DNA of 55,918 bases, counting the filler, from Platydemus manokwari (Eukaryota), in NCBI GenBank assembly GCA_037951405.1. It is 5 parts of 5 records of this genome, joined end to end, with 100 filler letters (N's around TTAATTAATTAA, not from the genome) between each part and the next. Parts side by side here need not be neighbours in the genome. Positions count along the whole stretch, not along the records: positions 42,131 to 55,918 come from JBBMOY011622517.1; 4 more parts are not named here. One strand, 5' to 3'. Below the pieces are notes generated by a model. It had not been told where the DNA came from. It saw nothing but the letters and a program-made list of their open reading frames with translations, and did not search any database. Both the position numbers and the translations under genes were made by a program. Each line of letters begins with the position of its first letter. Position 1 is the stretch's first letter. Positions 53,529 through 55,918 of the stretch are shown here, piece by piece.

Positions 53529-54076
53529 TGTTGGATAGATCACAAATCAGTAAAAAGAACCAAGGAAATAAACTTATGAAGGCTCGACTCACACAGATCC
53601 GATAAGCACACGTGTAGTCAGCTAATCAAATTCGTTTTAATATTAATCCATATCTAGAAGATAAGAATCTACAGGTAAATACCTACAGATGTTAGCAAAC
53701 TCAAATATCTGTCAATAGCATTAGTGATACAAGGAATATTTCAAGCAAACCGATCTACCAACAAATTCAGCAAATTGAATACGAAGATCCGTGACATCAA
53801 GCAGACACACCCTATAAATCTATAAAATAGGTTGCGTTCTATGAGTAACTGTCGGTCTTTTTGGTGGGTAACTTGCGTATTAATCTTGGCTTTGTGTTTC
53901 AGTAATCAGTCTTTTTGATTACTTTCCTTTCTTTTTTGACTTTTGGGTGATCATCCTGTCTCGTGTGATTAACCATTGTAATTTGTAAAGATGTTTACTT
54001 GTAGTTGTTGTGATTACTTTTGTAATACTTTGGGTAATATAGTTTTCAGGTATAATTACTGATTAATATTCCAACA
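53529..54076 (+). mobile_element. solo LTR, family B
   Basis: TGTTGG...CCAACA with TSD ATTG/ACTG and an internal CTATAAAAT. Homologous to 50848-51405. Confidence 0.82.
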
Positions 54077-55918
54077 ACTGTAAGAATTATCTTTTGTGTT
54101 CGTCATATAATTTTATTTACTATTGAAAATATTTTATTATATTTCGTGGATGTTCACTTTTTACTTCTATTATTAACTATTTTATGATTAATTTTTTATT
54201 TTTGTTTATTTATTTTTTATTGACAATTTATTCCTATTATTATTTTATTCAATTCTAATTTTAATATTTATTATTAATATTTTATTCTTGTCGATTGTTT
54301 ATATTTTATTCTCACAATTGCTATTACTACTGCAATCAATTCCCATAATTAAACTATTGTTATAAGCATATCTAAAATTTATGTTTACATTACTTTCAAA
54401 TTGTCTACTGTGAATTTTTTTACAATAATCGTACATATGACTTAATAACTGAGTAATGACTAAAATCTTCAACAAAATTAAGAAATAAATTATTTAACAA
54501 ATAACATGTAAAATTTTATAATGTTCGCACAAAACCGATTTAATTTTACATTTAAATAATTTGAAAAAACGATTGTTTAAATAATTCATTATTGATAAAT
54601 ATAATAAATCAAATATTAAATAAATTTCAGAATGGTATTTTAAATTTATCATATATTTTTATTTTTGTTTTCAATTTAGTTAATTTTATTCCGCATAAAT
54701 ATTTAAATCAATCAGATGGCCACCACAAAAACTCAGTCTTGTATAATTTCACTATTTTTTAAATAAATAAATCCATTTCTATTTTTAGTTAATAATAAAA
54801 TCAAAGCTTTAAGAGATTTTCATTCAAGATTAATTTCTGGAGTTGGTGGTATTCCATCTTCGAGTGATTTACATGCAACTTTAAAATATTTTTGTATAAC
54901 TTTAAAGAGGTATTTCGAGGCATAATTATGTCATAGAAATATAATGTAATGTCTTTAAGCATATTAAAGGAGACATCAAATATTCCCAATGACAGTTATG
55001 GAGCCAGAATAAAGGATGTTACATTACGAATAAATTTATTTCCAAATTTTCATTATAATGAATTGTTTTATCTATTGATTGGTTTATGCGAATTTGTTGC
55101 CAAATTAAGCAATCAATCAAGCAAGTTTATTGTTTTTTTTCCCAATATCAATGCTTAAATTCAAATAGATGGTGTTCAAAATTAATTATATAATTTATAA
55201 AAATAATCTTTTAAATAAATTAATGAATGAAAAATCAATTTTTATATTTTTTCTGCAATTGTAAAAGCGATTTTATTGATGATATTTGCTGATAAAAACG
55301 ATTTTGAATTGTATTTGATGATTTTAATTTCTATGATGATGAGCATTCGAATGATTGATTGGACGAGAAATGAAATGAAATCTCATCAGAAATGTTTTGC
55401 CATTGCTAGTCAATCCATTGACAATCTCGGTGAGAAGTCCTGTTGCTGGCAGCTACTAAATATGAGCTGAAAATCATGAACTAAGTCTTCATTTAATTCC
55501 ATTATGTGTGCTTGTTAATATGATTGAGTTTTGTGTGCTTGTTTCACATTAACAACCATTTCATAATCCTATCACATTCATCAATGCAATCCTTATTATT
55601 TCATTTCTAATATCATCAAGATCGTCAGGATTTGTTAATGATATTGATTGAAGATTCAGAAGGTCTGTCACTAGTAAAGATGAGATTCTAATTGATTAAA
55701 TTGATTGAGAGGCATATTTTGTTGCATTTTATATGATTAATAATAACAACAATGATGTTAATAATCTCATTTATATATTATTATAATCAAATCGATATTA
55801 ATTGTCTTAGTTATGATAATCATTATATTGCTAATAATTATAAATAATAATAATAATAATAATAACCATCACATTAATGAATAAACATTATCTCATTAAA
55901 TATGTTTATAATCGCAAA

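Noticed and set aside
55270-55918. AAT/GAT-rich low-complexity region resembling N/D-rich coding sequence
   Set aside because: No sustained open frame or recognisable domain.
1-55918. Alternative genetic code or prokaryotic systems (CRISPR, operons, tRNA/rRNA)
   Set aside because: VDAC and both tetraspanins end in ordinary TAA and translate cleanly in the standard code. No spaced repeat array or RNA gene was recognised.

Overview
Very AT-rich eukaryotic (metazoan-like) genomic scaffold in five segments, joined by four artificial 100-bp spacers (N44-TTAATTAATTAA-N44). Most introns are tiny (42-56 bp). Genes reconstructed by manual splicing: the 5' half of an SLC17 (sialin/VGLUT-like) transporter (+), at least five EGF repeats followed across a gap by a divergent ionotropic glutamate receptor-like gene (+), a complete 4-exon VDAC/porin (-), and two intronless tandem tetraspanins with a possible decayed third copy (-). 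The rest is transposon debris: two mariner fragments, a Buster-type hAT element, a hAT MITE, two solo-LTR families with 4-bp target duplications, and a decayed gag-protease region. There is also a probable decayed Spalt-like C2H2 zinc-finger gene. The most interesting candidate is an iGluR/IR-like channel whose N-terminus may be an EGF-repeat array; the join is inferred across an assembly gap. All assignments are from manual reading and motif recognition, with no database searches, and the source organism was not determined.
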